A stretch of DNA of 64,000 nucleotides. Origin: a virus. The position numbers and the translations under genes are program-made. The notes under the pieces are model-generated. The model was not told the DNA's origin. It did no database searches and worked only from the letters and a program-made list of their open reading frames with translations. Below, piece after piece: positions 1 through 8,649 of this stretch. The stretch lies in the IMG/VR virus record IMGVR_UViG_3300005673_000003, positions 64,001 to 128,000 of that record. The stretch is one strand, 5' to 3'. The first letter of the stretch is position 1. The number at the start of each line of letters is the position of its first letter.

Positions 1-1355
1 TTGCTACGCAATAGAGCGCGGGCTTCTTTGTTCATCGGGACTTGCCTCGGAGAGGGTAGACTTGCGCCTGCCTCCCTTTGGTCTTACAGTCCCTCCCAAA
101 GCAGAAGCCCCACTTCCTGAGGCCAAAATCCGCAAGCCTTCATTTCTGATATTGATCGCCGCATTGATGTCCCTATCATGCCGTTCTTGGCAGTGAGGAC
201 AGACAAACGATCGGACTGAGAGATCCATTTTCTCTAGCGTCAACAGTGTGTTTGAGCACAGATGGGAAGACGGGAAGAATCGCCCAATCTCCAGATACAC
301 CTTGCCTTCAAACTCCGCCTTGTATTTGAGCATGGTACAGAACTGTCCCCAACCGACATCGCTTATTGCCCTGGCTAGGTTGTGGTTCTTGACCATGTTC
401 TTAACCGCTAGATCTTCCACCACAATTACTTGGTTTTCGTTGACTATCTTGCGGGATAGCTTGTGATGAAAGTCTTCTCTTACTCGTGCAATCTTGCTAT
501 GCACTTTGGCAACTTTTAACCGCGCCTTGTTGCGATTCTTGCTGCCTTTTTCCCGTCTAGACAGCTTACGCTGCTTCCGTTTTAGGTTGCGTTCATGCTT
601 TTTGAGGTGGCGAGGGTTTGCGAACTTTGAGCCGTCAGAAGTAATAGCAAAGTCTGTCAATCCCAAATCGATCCCAATTGCCTTTCCCTCGCTGGAAGAT
701 TCAGGCTTTTCTATGCCGTCATCGACCAGTAGAGAAGCGAAGTATTTCCCGTCTGGGTTCCTGGACACCGTGACAGTTTTTATAGTCCCCTCAATAGGTC
801 TGTGAATCTTGGCTGTAACTGTTCCCAGCAAACCAGGAAACTTGATTGCAGACTCAGAAATTACTTTGACGTTTTGAGGAAACTGAACCGACTGTCTATA
901 GTGTTTCGATTTGAAGTTGGGATACTTTGCTCTGCCCTCAAAGAAGTTTTGGAACGCTTGAGATAGATTCAAAACTGATTGCTGCAAGCATTGAGAATAA
1001 CACTCTTTCAGCCATTCATGCTCCGCTTTCAGGATGGGAATCTGTTTCTTCATATTGAAAGCAGAGATTCCCTTGCCTGTCGTCTTGTACGTTTCCGTCA
1101 TGACAGACAAGCAATGATTCCACAGCCATCGAGTACAACCAAAATGCTTGGCTAGCGTGATGGACTGCTCATCGGTGGGATAAATTCTGACCTTGACTGC
1201 TTTCAACATGTCTCTATATTAGCATAAACCCAGCATTGCGATAAAGGCTTATCTGTCACGATTCCTAGATAGTTTGTTCCTTCGCTTCGCTCAGTCACGC
1301 GGCTCTCATCCCGACGCTGACCGTTCCGGTACAGCGCGGGGCTTCCCGCCTAGTA
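1..1355 (-). mobile_element. Non-autonomous IS605/IS1341-like element (tnpB only); right end runs off the window
   Basis: tnpB plus GC-rich hairpin-like left end at about 1290-1352; no tnpA; boundary approximate. Confidence 0.75.
4..1209 (-). CDS. tnpB: IS200/IS605-family RNA-guided endonuclease TnpB
   Basis: N-terminal KVRIYPT HTH, RuvC-I IGIDLG, RuvC-II VVEDL, zinc finger CPHC, RuvC-III DRDINAA. Confidence 0.95.
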   Translation of the reverse strand: MLKAVKVRIYPTDEQSITLAKHFGCTRWLWNHCLSVMTETYKTTGKGISAFNMKKQIPILKAEHEWLKECYSQCLQQSVLNLSQAFQNFFEGRAKYPNFKSKHYRQSVQFPQNVKVISESAIKFPGLLGTVTAKIHRPIEGTIKTVTVSRNPDGKYFASLLVDDGIEKPESSSEGKAIGIDLGLTDFAITSDGSKFANPRHLKKHERNLKRKQRKLSRREKGSKNRNKARLKVAKVHSKIARVREDFHHKLSRKIVNENQVIVVEDLAVKNMVKNHNLARAISDVGWGQFCTMLKYKAEFEGKVYLEIGRFFPSSHLCSNTLLTLEKMDLSVRSFVCPHCQERHDRDINAAINIRNEGLRILASGSGASALGGTVRPKGGRRKSTLSEASPDEQRSPRSIA

Positions 1356-1356
1356 G

Positions 1357-1755
1357 CTAACGAGATTGAGCAGGGTAACTAGAGGAGGTTATGGGAGCTT
1401 CAGAAGATTGCGACTTAGCGGGAGGCGGGAACAGCAGCAAGAAAATAATGATTGCCGCCAGTCCGCCGCTGAAAACTTTCGACCAAAAGAAGTGAGAATC
1501 AAAAGCTCGATTGAGATTGATAATTTGAATTTGCAAGTCGTTTGCCCGAGCTTGCAGCTCATCATTTTTCATTTTTTGAGCTTCCAGAAACTTCCGAAAA
1601 TCAACGGCTGGCACAAATAAACTTGAGTTATTCGGAGGAGTCCGAGGGGGGTTAGCAGGGTTAGCAGACTGTTCGTAAGCTTGAGCGATCGCGTTTTTAG
1701 TTGCGTCCATTTGAATTACTTCCTTAATACTTTTTTGGTTTTCTACCTGAATCAA
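1357..1755 (-). CDS. Hypothetical coiled-coil membrane-anchored protein
   Basis: ORF with C-terminal hydrophobic helix GGLAAIIIFLLLF; start uncertain. Confidence 0.5.
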   Translation of the reverse strand: MIQVENQKSIKEVIQMDATKNAIAQAYEQSANPANPPRTPPNNSSLFVPAVDFRKFLEAQKMKNDELQARANDLQIQIINLNRAFDSHFFWSKVFSGGLAAIIIFLLLFPPPAKSQSSEAPITSSSYPAQSR

Positions 1756-1763
1756 TCCGTCGC

Positions 1764-2057
1764 TTAATCCAATCCGAGAGCAATACTGGGAACGCGAACA
1801 CCCTTTTGTTCAGCCAGGGATTGACAAGCTCTTGCACCGAAATAGCATTGCATTGAGCCGAAAACATCCTGACCGCCATCCTTGAATACTTCAGCAAAAG
1901 TCATTGCCATCATTGCGTAGGCTCTGCCGCTCAAATTCAAGGCTGCTAAAGTCGCCTTAAATTGCTCTAATTCCTCTGCGCGGGTCTGCAAAACCTCATT
2001 GACTTCGTTCTGGGTAATAGTGTTAGCGATCGCTTGCTCTTGCCGTCCGATAGCCAT
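1764..2057 (-). CDS. Hypothetical early protein
   Basis: RBS AAGGAAGG, leader motif and promoter at 2124-2168 upstream. Confidence 0.65.
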   Translation of the reverse strand: MAIGRQEQAIANTITQNEVNEVLQTRAEELEQFKATLAALNLSGRAYAMMAMTFAEVFKDGGQDVFGSMQCYFGARACQSLAEQKGVRVPSIALGLD

Positions 2058-2123
2058 ATTGATTGCCTTCCTTTATCGATTGATTACTACTTGAAAAAAG
2101 GAGCCGAATTGCTCGACTCCTTA

Positions 2124-2168
2124 ACTGTAAGCGCTATTCAAGAAAATGTCAACATCTATCAATCTTTT
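2124..2168 (-). promoter_or_regulatory. Conserved sigma70-type early promoter, copy 1
   Basis: AAAAGATTGATAGATG-TTGACA-17 nt-TACAGT. Confidence 0.8.
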
Positions 2169-2183
2169 GCTGATTAAGTGCCT

Positions 2184-2357
2184 CTATTGAGCTTCTGGCG
2201 GTTGCTCCGGCGGTTGCTCTGATTCTGATTTTTGAGCATTTTGGGAATATCCCAGTAGTTGCCGCTGCTGTTCCATGAGCTGCCTTGCTGCCGTCTGGTC
2301 TTGAGCGGAGCTATTAAAGCGGATAGAAACGGTTCTGCCTCTACGAGATACTTTCAT
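2184..2357 (-). CDS. Small hypothetical protein (57 aa, MKVSRRGRTV...EQPPEQPPEAQ); below the ORF-track cutoff
   Basis: Translated by hand; GGAG RBS supplied by the IS right end. Confidence 0.6.
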   Translation of the reverse strand: MKVSRRGRTVSIRFNSSAQDQTAARQLMEQQRQLLGYSQNAQKSESEQPPEQPPEAQ

Positions 2358-2418
2358 CAAAAATTCTCCGGGACACCCCCATCCTCGCGCAGCAGGTGGG
2401 GGAGGGATAGGAGCGTCA

Positions 2419-3582
2419 TTAAGCGGGGTTCGATGCCCCGTTTAATGACAAGTATTGTGGGCGAGTGACCAGTAACCCCGTTGCGCGGTGGAGTAACTGC
2501 ACTTTAGAAGCCGTAAACTGCCCGATACGCTTCCAATTGAAATCAGACACAGAGACTTGCCGTTCTGTATCTCCACTCACCCACCCGACACTAACCCTGC
2601 CTGCCATTTCCGCTCGTACTAAATCACCCTTCCTGAATCCATGTCGGGTGGTGGTGCCGCCATATTTGCGGCGGACTCCACCCTTTGCCGGAACCATCAG
2701 GTGCAATTGTCTGCGGGAAATGGGCGGGCGGCGAATCACCACAAAGGGGGCGGTTGTGACTCGCACGTCGCCAACCCAATGATGACCACGGGTATTGGCA
2801 GTGTGAAATGATGTATAGCGAACAAACTGACTACAAGCCAGGGCAATCCCGTCAACAGCATGAGTTTCAGGCTTGGCATCACCCTTGCTAGTTTTTTGCT
2901 TTTCCAGATTCAGGTGATTTCTGAGACTGGCAGTTTCCCACCCGTAGAGAGTGGAGGCTGGAGCCAAAGTTGCTAATTGCTCTAGCATCCATTTTTGCCC
3001 CACCATGACCGCACTGAATCCTTTCCCGGAACGGGCGGCTTTGCGGCCAGATGTGAGGTCTACATCGGCCTTAACGTACTCAAAAACAATTTGGCTAATC
3101 GGGAAAACACGACACAATTCTTGTACCGTGCGATATTCCAATTGTCGATTGCTTTTGATGCTGGGCGGGACACCCTTCTGCCGACGATTACTAAATCGCT
3201 TTTGCCGATGAGCGCGTTGATTAAAGGGAAGTTTGCGGTTAATCCGCCTGCCTCTACGTCCACGTCGCATCAGTTTTTGATTGGCTTTGTGTTCCTTTAC
3301 TGTGTCAAATGGCAACAGCAGATGTGCCATGAACAGAGTCGCTTTGGCTGATTGCACAGCAATCCCGCTGTAATGCTTGCCTGGGTCAATGCCAACCACA
3401 ATGGGCTGAGTTTCCTTACCAGAAGGTTCGGCAATCAATTGGACGCAATAGATACCTATGTCATTAAAAAACTCCTTGGCTTTGCCTGTTTTGACCCAAC
3501 GTTTTGCTCTGCTTGCCTTCGTTGGCATCAGGACTTGTCCATCGGGTGCTAGTACGGGAACTCGAACTTGTTGGTTTTCCAT
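2419..3582 (-). CDS. isrB: IsrB RNA-guided nickase (PLMP + RRXRR + split RuvC, no HNH)
   Basis: VLMPTK PLMP motif, VGIDPG Ruv[10 protein letters not shown] bridge helix, FEYV, HAVDG; no HNH/zinc motif. Confidence 0.85.
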   Translation of the reverse strand: MENQQVRVPVLAPDGQVLMPTKASRAKRWVKTGKAKEFFNDIGIYCVQLIAEPSGKETQPIVVGIDPGKHYSGIAVQSAKATLFMAHLLLPFDTVKEHKANQKLMRRGRRGRRINRKLPFNQRAHRQKRFSNRRQKGVPPSIKSNRQLEYRTVQELCRVFPISQIVFEYVKADVDLTSGRKAARSGKGFSAVMVGQKWMLEQLATLAPASTLYGWETASLRNHLNLEKQKTSKGDAKPETHAVDGIALACSQFVRYTSFHTANTRGHHWVGDVRVTTAPFVVIRRPPISRRQLHLMVPAKGGVRRKYGGTTTRHGFRKGDLVRAEMAGRVSVGWVSGDTERQVSVSDFNWKRIGQFTASKVQLLHRATGLLVTRPQYLSLNGASNPA

Positions 3583-3803
3583 GAGAGAGATAATCCCTTA
3601 CGGTTGTTTGCCCCTTTGACCACGCAAATCACAAATGTCTTGCCCTTACGCCCGACTGAGTAAACAGTCTTACAACTAGCCCGGATTCGGGGGGTGTCCG
3701 GTAGTGTATGTCGTGATTGCGCTCTTTGGCCTATTCAACGCTTACGGTGTGGGTCTTACTCCCCTCACTCCCCCACCTCGCCTAAGCAGGTGGGGTTGTT
3801 GAA
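3583..3803 (-). ncRNA. Putative omegaRNA scaffold of isrB
   Basis: About 220-nt structured noncoding region between the left end and the isrB start, the known position of IscB/IsrB omegaRNAs. Confidence 0.7.
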
Positions 3804-4357
3804 ACTTTTCTCCTGTTACGATTACGATTGCGTTTACCGCCCTCCGTAGCCCGATTGTTCATCCAGCGAATGAATTGCTGAGGATTTCCGTAGGTCAGCC
3901 GATTGCGGCCATTTCCAGCCAGCCTCCAACCGCCTTTGGTGGGATACAGATCAACTCGAAGACCTTTGTAATTGATGATGAGGTGCGCTCCGTTATTTTT
4001 GGAGACGTAGCCGATACTAGCGGCTTTCAAAGCGTTTACGAATACCTCATTCCTGGATTCCCTATTGAGCTTCACATCGGCATCATGGGCACGCCAGTAC
4101 TCCGAGCTACCAGGCTCCAGAAGCTCTATTGGGGGAGAAGTATTGGGGAATAAAATTTCGTTGACCGAAATCTCATCCTTCATGCTCTGGTAGGCTTCTA
4201 GCGCTTTATCCTTATTGGTGTAAGCCAGCTCATCGAGCGGTAGAGTATGCCCTGGAATGTGAATAGTGATGAGCCAGAACCCATCCTCCGGTTGGAGCAA
4301 GATCACCCGATAGCGGCCTGCAGCACGCTCCCTGACTGGCTGAATTGCAACTACCAT
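3782..4357 (-). CDS. Hypothetical protein; last codons (STTPPA*) supplied by the IS left end
   Basis: RBS GGAGAGGGAG and leader motif upstream. Confidence 0.65.
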   Translation of the reverse strand: MVVAIQPVRERAAGRYRVILLQPEDGFWLITIHIPGHTLPLDELAYTNKDKALEAYQSMKDEISVNEILFPNTSPPIELLEPGSSEYWRAHDADVKLNRESRNEVFVNALKAASIGYVSKNNGAHLIINYKGLRVDLYPTKGGWRLAGNGRNRLTYGNPQQFIRWMNNRATEGGKRNRNRNRRKVSTTPPA

Positions 4358-4440
4358 GCTCCCTCTCCGAATACCTTTAATTTCACGATGTACCTACCTT
4401 CGATAATCGATTGATTTTTGCTTTGCCTCTGATTCAATCC

Positions 4441-7400
4441 CTAGTAGTTCACTACATACCCTGACGGCTTTTTATCAATCACGACGATTTTGGTTTTCAC
4501 CCCAGTCCGCCGCTCACTGGAGTTAAACGCTCCATCCTCCACTTCGTAAATAGCCGCGCATCTGCGACTACCCAAATACTCCAGCCATTCTCTAAACTGA
4601 GTTGGTTTAGCCTCCTTTCTGTACGTGAAGTTATTGCACATAATGGCAACCAATCGGCCATCCCATCGCAACATCTCTGTTGCCGCTAGGATGTGATCAA
4701 TATCTCCGAACTCGCCATACTCTTTGCCCCAAGGAGGATTCATGACGATCCGATCGTACTGGCATCGGAAATTTGGATCCTTAGCAGCGGCCAGGGCATC
4801 GTCATGAACCGGATCATAGCCCTTGAATTTAAGGATCTCTCTTAAGCTGGGAGCAATCTCGATGACATCGGGCCATACCCCTGCAAATTTATGAATAGCA
4901 TCTGCGATATGGCCGCTGCCAGCTTCCGGCTCTAGCACCCGATGTCCGGGCTGTATTTGAGCTAGCTTGATAATATATTCAGCCAATTTATCAGGAGTGG
5001 GGAAGTAGCCAGCAGGAGGGCGGCTGATTAATCCATTTTTAAGCTCCCGGATCCGGCGATCGGCTATCTCCTGCTCCGACTCGGATTCGATTAAAGGCTT
5101 GAATAAATTGATTAATTTTTCAAGCTCTTGCATGGAGTTAACCTTGAGCTGCTTGAGGATATTGCGAGACTCGTCATGGCTCGACCAGTGGCGATCGTGA
5201 ATGTTAAAGATGCCAGCATAGTAGCCTTTGTAGTCGCTCCGATGAAATCTATCGACCTGCTTAATCAGCCATTCAACCTGCTTCTTCGTCGAGATATTGA
5301 ACAGCGCCATGTCGGGGACCGTATCGGTTTCATGCATATCTGCCAGTCTATTTAGAGCGGATTGCACTTTCTTCATCGCCCATCCGTCAGCGGCAACAGA
5401 TGCGGCCATTCGAGCTTTTCGGTGAGTATTGGTAGATCTAGGAGCCAGCTTCTGCCGAATGGTATATTCCATGCTTGCGGCTATATCCCGAAACTTGGCT
5501 GCACGCTCCTCGCTAATCCGGCTCAGATTGCCCTGCTTCACAGAAGCGGGTTTCTGCTTCAACGCTTCTATCTGCTCTTTTAATTGATTGATTTCTGATT
5601 CAGCTTCACCAGCATCAACCGAGATATTGACGGTAACGGATTCACCAGCGCTCATCGTTTTAGGTGCGGGAGCAGGCTTAGAAGAGGGCTGATTATCCTT
5701 CCAGGCATCTGCAACCGATTCATGGAAATATCTGAACGCTGCACCCCGAACATTTAGCACGCCAGCCTCCCCATCGGCGTAGAGCATTTCTGGGTTATCA
5801 GAAAACTCATTCACATCAATTTCTTGAAACAGATCTGGCCGCGCTTTGAAAACATCTCTCAACCATTCGGGCTGAATCTCATCAACCCATTCGGCAGGCA
5901 GATTGTAAGGGGTTGCGGGAGGAACTGAGCCATAGCCAAAAATATCCTCATATCTGCACTCCTGGTAGCCGTTGGCAATATTGGATCTTTTTGCGTTAGA
6001 TGCAAATTTAAGAACTTCCTCGGTACTTTCAAAGTGCTGGGAGCTTTTAGTTCCGGTAGTTCCAATCTGACCCCAATGATAAAAAGCTACTCGACGATAC
6101 TCGTCAAGCTTAAAGCCGCAGAATTCACCGGATGAATTTTTGTAGTATTTCCAATCGACAGGATGAGCGGTGGATGCTGGGGAGTTCTCAGGCTCCCCGA
6201 ACAACTTTTTTGCGGGAACCTCCACGTAGCCTTTAGATAGCTTTTCTCGCGCCTTCTCAATAGCGTAGGCAGTGGCTATGTTGATACCGCCCATTGCCTT
6301 AACTTGCCGTTGCCCTGATGTCCCTACCCTGCCCCAATGCAGATGCAGCTCTCTTTCGCCAGCTTTGTAACCCCAGAACTTATGCGAATTCTCGGAAGGG
6401 TTTTCATACTCAAAATAACGCCAGCCAGCTACATCCTCCGCACCGGAAGGCTTGCCGGGATTATGAGCAGGCTTTGCAACCTCGAAAACCGATACAGTCA
6501 TCGATAGCAATTCTTCTCTAGGGAGCCGCGATAAATCCATCGCAAACCCTTCAGTGCCGGGATTATGGGAAGCCTGCCAGGTAGCGACGATTAATTCATC
6601 AATTCCCCGTCTTCCGCTTGTATTGGAGCGATAGGGAGCGAATCCGCACTCAGCCAGCAGTAGATTTAAGTCAGACTTGGGTTTAAGGTTAACGAAATCA
6701 ATCTCGACTTTATCCCCTCTGATATGCGCTGCAACGCCTTCTTGTGGCTTGGGAGGCTCTACTACCTCGACGGGGGTTTCTGGAGCTTCTACCTGCTGTT
6801 TTAGGAGGATGGTAGAAAGATCTGGAATGGGCACAAATTGAGCGGGAGCTTCCTGCTCTTGGGTTTGGGGTGCTGCCGCTGCCTTGGGGCTAAAGAATTC
6901 TTGCTTCAGCAGATTAGCGAATTCGATCGCTGCCGGGGTTGCTTTGGTGTACCAGATATTTTGCCGTCTGGAATAGCTGAATCCGGCACTCTTGACCAGC
7001 TCCAAAATATCATCAGAAGGCTTGCTGGAGAATCGCAACTCGATCCCACCCTTAGCCTCGTTATGCGTGATCTCCATCTCGATTTCCCCAGGAGCGGGAG
7101 ATGCAGTTTGGACTTGAGGTTTATCAGCCTTGTAGAAGCTATGCTGAGCTAAGCATTCGCGAGGAAGCTCATTGGGATATTTCCGATGGCACTCCCAGTA
7201 TTGCCTATGGCCTTCCAGATTTCCAGACTCATAAGAGTAGGAGTAGGATACTTCCCCCTTCCATTCGTGGCGATGCTCTTTCAAGTAAACTTCCGCTTCA
7301 TCGTAGTATTTATAATTTGCCTGCTTAGCAAGCTCTAGACCCTTCTCGTAAGCCTGCTTGGAATAATTGCGATGACAGAATACATAATCAGCTCCCCAGC

Positions 7401-7653
7401 TTACCTCCTCACCCTTGTAATGGCTGGTGTGATAGGTTTTCAGATCTTGCTGCCCATCGAAGCTAGCACCCTGGAATGGGTCAACGATCGCCTCGACCTC
7501 TTTCGCGGTAGGCCCATCCTCCCAGGAGACATCGATACTGGAGCCGCCGCTATAGGACTTGGAGCGGACAGAGAACTTGCAGTCCGGGAACTTCTCTTTT
7601 AGCGCTTCTCGAATAAGTTTTGCTGTATCTGTAAGGCTGATAGAACGGGCCAT
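4441..7653 (-). CDS. Polyvalent protein: LPD29-like N-terminus, two WGR domains, C-terminal N6-adenine DNA methyltransferase
   Basis: KFSVRS..YSGG..IDVSW (LPD29-like); HWGRVGTSGQ and HWGQIGTTG (WGR); FPTP, LEPEAGSG, IVMNPPW (MTase). Confidence 0.8.
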   Translation of the reverse strand: MARSISLTDTAKLIREALKEKFPDCKFSVRSKSYSGGSSIDVSWEDGPTAKEVEAIVDPFQGASFDGQQDLKTYHTSHYKGEEVSWGADYVFCHRNYSKQAYEKGLELAKQANYKYYDEAEVYLKEHRHEWKGEVSYSYSYESGNLEGHRQYWECHRKYPNELPRECLAQHSFYKADKPQVQTASPAPGEIEMEITHNEAKGGIELRFSSKPSDDILELVKSAGFSYSRRQNIWYTKATPAAIEFANLLKQEFFSPKAAAAPQTQEQEAPAQFVPIPDLSTILLKQQVEAPETPVEVVEPPKPQEGVAAHIRGDKVEIDFVNLKPKSDLNLLLAECGFAPYRSNTSGRRGIDELIVATWQASHNPGTEGFAMDLSRLPREELLSMTVSVFEVAKPAHNPGKPSGAEDVAGWRYFEYENPSENSHKFWGYKAGERELHLHWGRVGTSGQRQVKAMGGINIATAYAIEKAREKLSKGYVEVPAKKLFGEPENSPASTAHPVDWKYYKNSSGEFCGFKLDEYRRVAFYHWGQIGTTGTKSSQHFESTEEVLKFASNAKRSNIANGYQECRYEDIFGYGSVPPATPYNLPAEWVDEIQPEWLRDVFKARPDLFQEIDVNEFSDNPEMLYADGEAGVLNVRGAAFRYFHESVADAWKDNQPSSKPAPAPKTMSAGESVTVNISVDAGEAESEINQLKEQIEALKQKPASVKQGNLSRISEERAAKFRDIAASMEYTIRQKLAPRSTNTHRKARMAASVAADGWAMKKVQSALNRLADMHETDTVPDMALFNISTKKQVEWLIKQVDRFHRSDYKGYYAGIFNIHDRHWSSHDESRNILKQLKVNSMQELEKLINLFKPLIESESEQEIADRRIRELKNGLISRPPAGYFPTPDKLAEYIIKLAQIQPGHRVLEPEAGSGHIADAIHKFAGVWPDVIEIAPSLREILKFKGYDPVHDDALAAAKDPNFRCQYDRIVMNPPWGKEYGEFGDIDHILAATEMLRWDGRLVAIMCNNFTYRKEAKPTQFREWLEYLGSRRCAAIYEVEDGAFNSSERRTGVKTKIVVIDKKPSGYVVNY

Positions 7654-7698
7654 AGGAACTCTCTGACGTTAATTGATTGATTGCTACTTACATTTTTA

Positions 7699-7745
7699 AT
7701 TGTAATTAAAAAGATTGATAAATGTCAACATCTATCAATCTTTTT
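7699..7745 (-). promoter_or_regulatory. Early promoter copy 2 with palindromic operator
   Basis: TTGACA-18 nt-TACAAT; AAAAGATTGATA/TATCAATCTTTT inverted repeat flanks the -35 box. Confidence 0.8.
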
Positions 7746-7768
7746 CTTTTATTTCTTTGTAAGGCTTG

Positions 7769-8509
7769 CTATTGCTGGGATTCCAGCGCTTTTAGACCTG
7801 CAGCAATGATTCGCCGGATCAGCCTGCTATCGCGCTCTGATGGACGAGAGCGGAGCTTGCGAATTGATTGATAAAACTCCTCTGGCAAGCGAATCTCGTA
7901 ATTCTCGGAGAAATAAGCTTTAGGAGGCATCACCTCTTCTGGATTTTCAGTTAAAGCCTTTGCCCCAGCTTCGACGACAAATCGAACTGCTTCCGGCTTC
8001 CATCGGCTTGAATCTCCCCAAGCAATGTGAGTAGGCCGAAATTTCTTTATCCGCTCCCACTCGCTTTCAGGCAACCGAAATGATACAGGCCGCTCTCTGG
8101 GTTCGCACTGAATCACCTCCAGGTGATTCGGCGCAATGCAGAGTTGATTCATGCAAAGCGTTCGGCTTTGCTCCTCTGCCTCCAGCTCTCGCCCCAGCTT
8201 TTTAGACAGTACGAAGCGGCGAACGGAATAGGTGCGCTTCGCATTGCGAAATACTGGCAACCCAAAATTATTGACAGCTCCACCCCAGATCATGCAGCCA
8301 CCCTCTAATGGAGGGGAGCTATCAGGAGCAGGCTGAGGGACGATTCGGCCAACCTCCTGCCAGCCAGCTAGAATATCCTCAAGCGATCGGTTCGCATAAT
8401 CCTGATTATTTGGCAACCGGATCATCTTGGATCTATCGGCTCCAGGCTCTTTTTTCCTCTTCTTTTTGGTCTTCCGCTTCAAAATACGTCCGTTGTGTGA
8501 TGTCAGCAT
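7769..8509 (-). CDS. Degenerate phage HNH-like domain fused to ribbon-helix-helix-like DNA-binding domains
   Basis: GCMIWGG...LCMNQLCIAPNHL; C-terminal VSFRLPESEW and YEIRLPEEF repeats. Confidence 0.55.
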   Translation of the reverse strand: MLTSHNGRILKRKTKKKRKKEPGADRSKMIRLPNNQDYANRSLEDILAGWQEVGRIVPQPAPDSSPPLEGGCMIWGGAVNNFGLPVFRNAKRTYSVRRFVLSKKLGRELEAEEQSRTLCMNQLCIAPNHLEVIQCEPRERPVSFRLPESEWERIKKFRPTHIAWGDSSRWKPEAVRFVVEAGAKALTENPEEVMPPKAYFSENYEIRLPEEFYQSIRKLRSRPSERDSRLIRRIIAAGLKALESQQ

Positions 8510-8604
8510 ATATCAATCATTCTACCCTGTGTAACTACTAAAACCTTATACAAGTGAGGGCTGCAAGGATATGCGGATAAAACGCCTGTTCTAAAATCGA
8601 TTGA

Positions 8605-8645
8605 TTTTAGGAGTCCGAGCTAGGGGTTAACCGGACTCCTAAAAC
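8605..8645. terminator. Bidirectional rho-independent terminator
   Basis: TTTTAGGAGTCCG...CGGACTCCTAAAA. Confidence 0.7.
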
Positions 8646-8649
8646 CCTC

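Larger units (their letters stand above)
2358..3803 (-). mobile_element. IsrB-encoding IS200/IS605 (OMEGA) element
   Basis: Left end TTCAACAACCCCACC hairpin, right-end hairpin followed by ATGA (matches the known NTGA TAM of IsrB). Confidence 0.8.

Noticed and set aside
2419-3582. Cas9 or IscB call
   Set aside because: Too short, no HNH and no array; it fits IsrB
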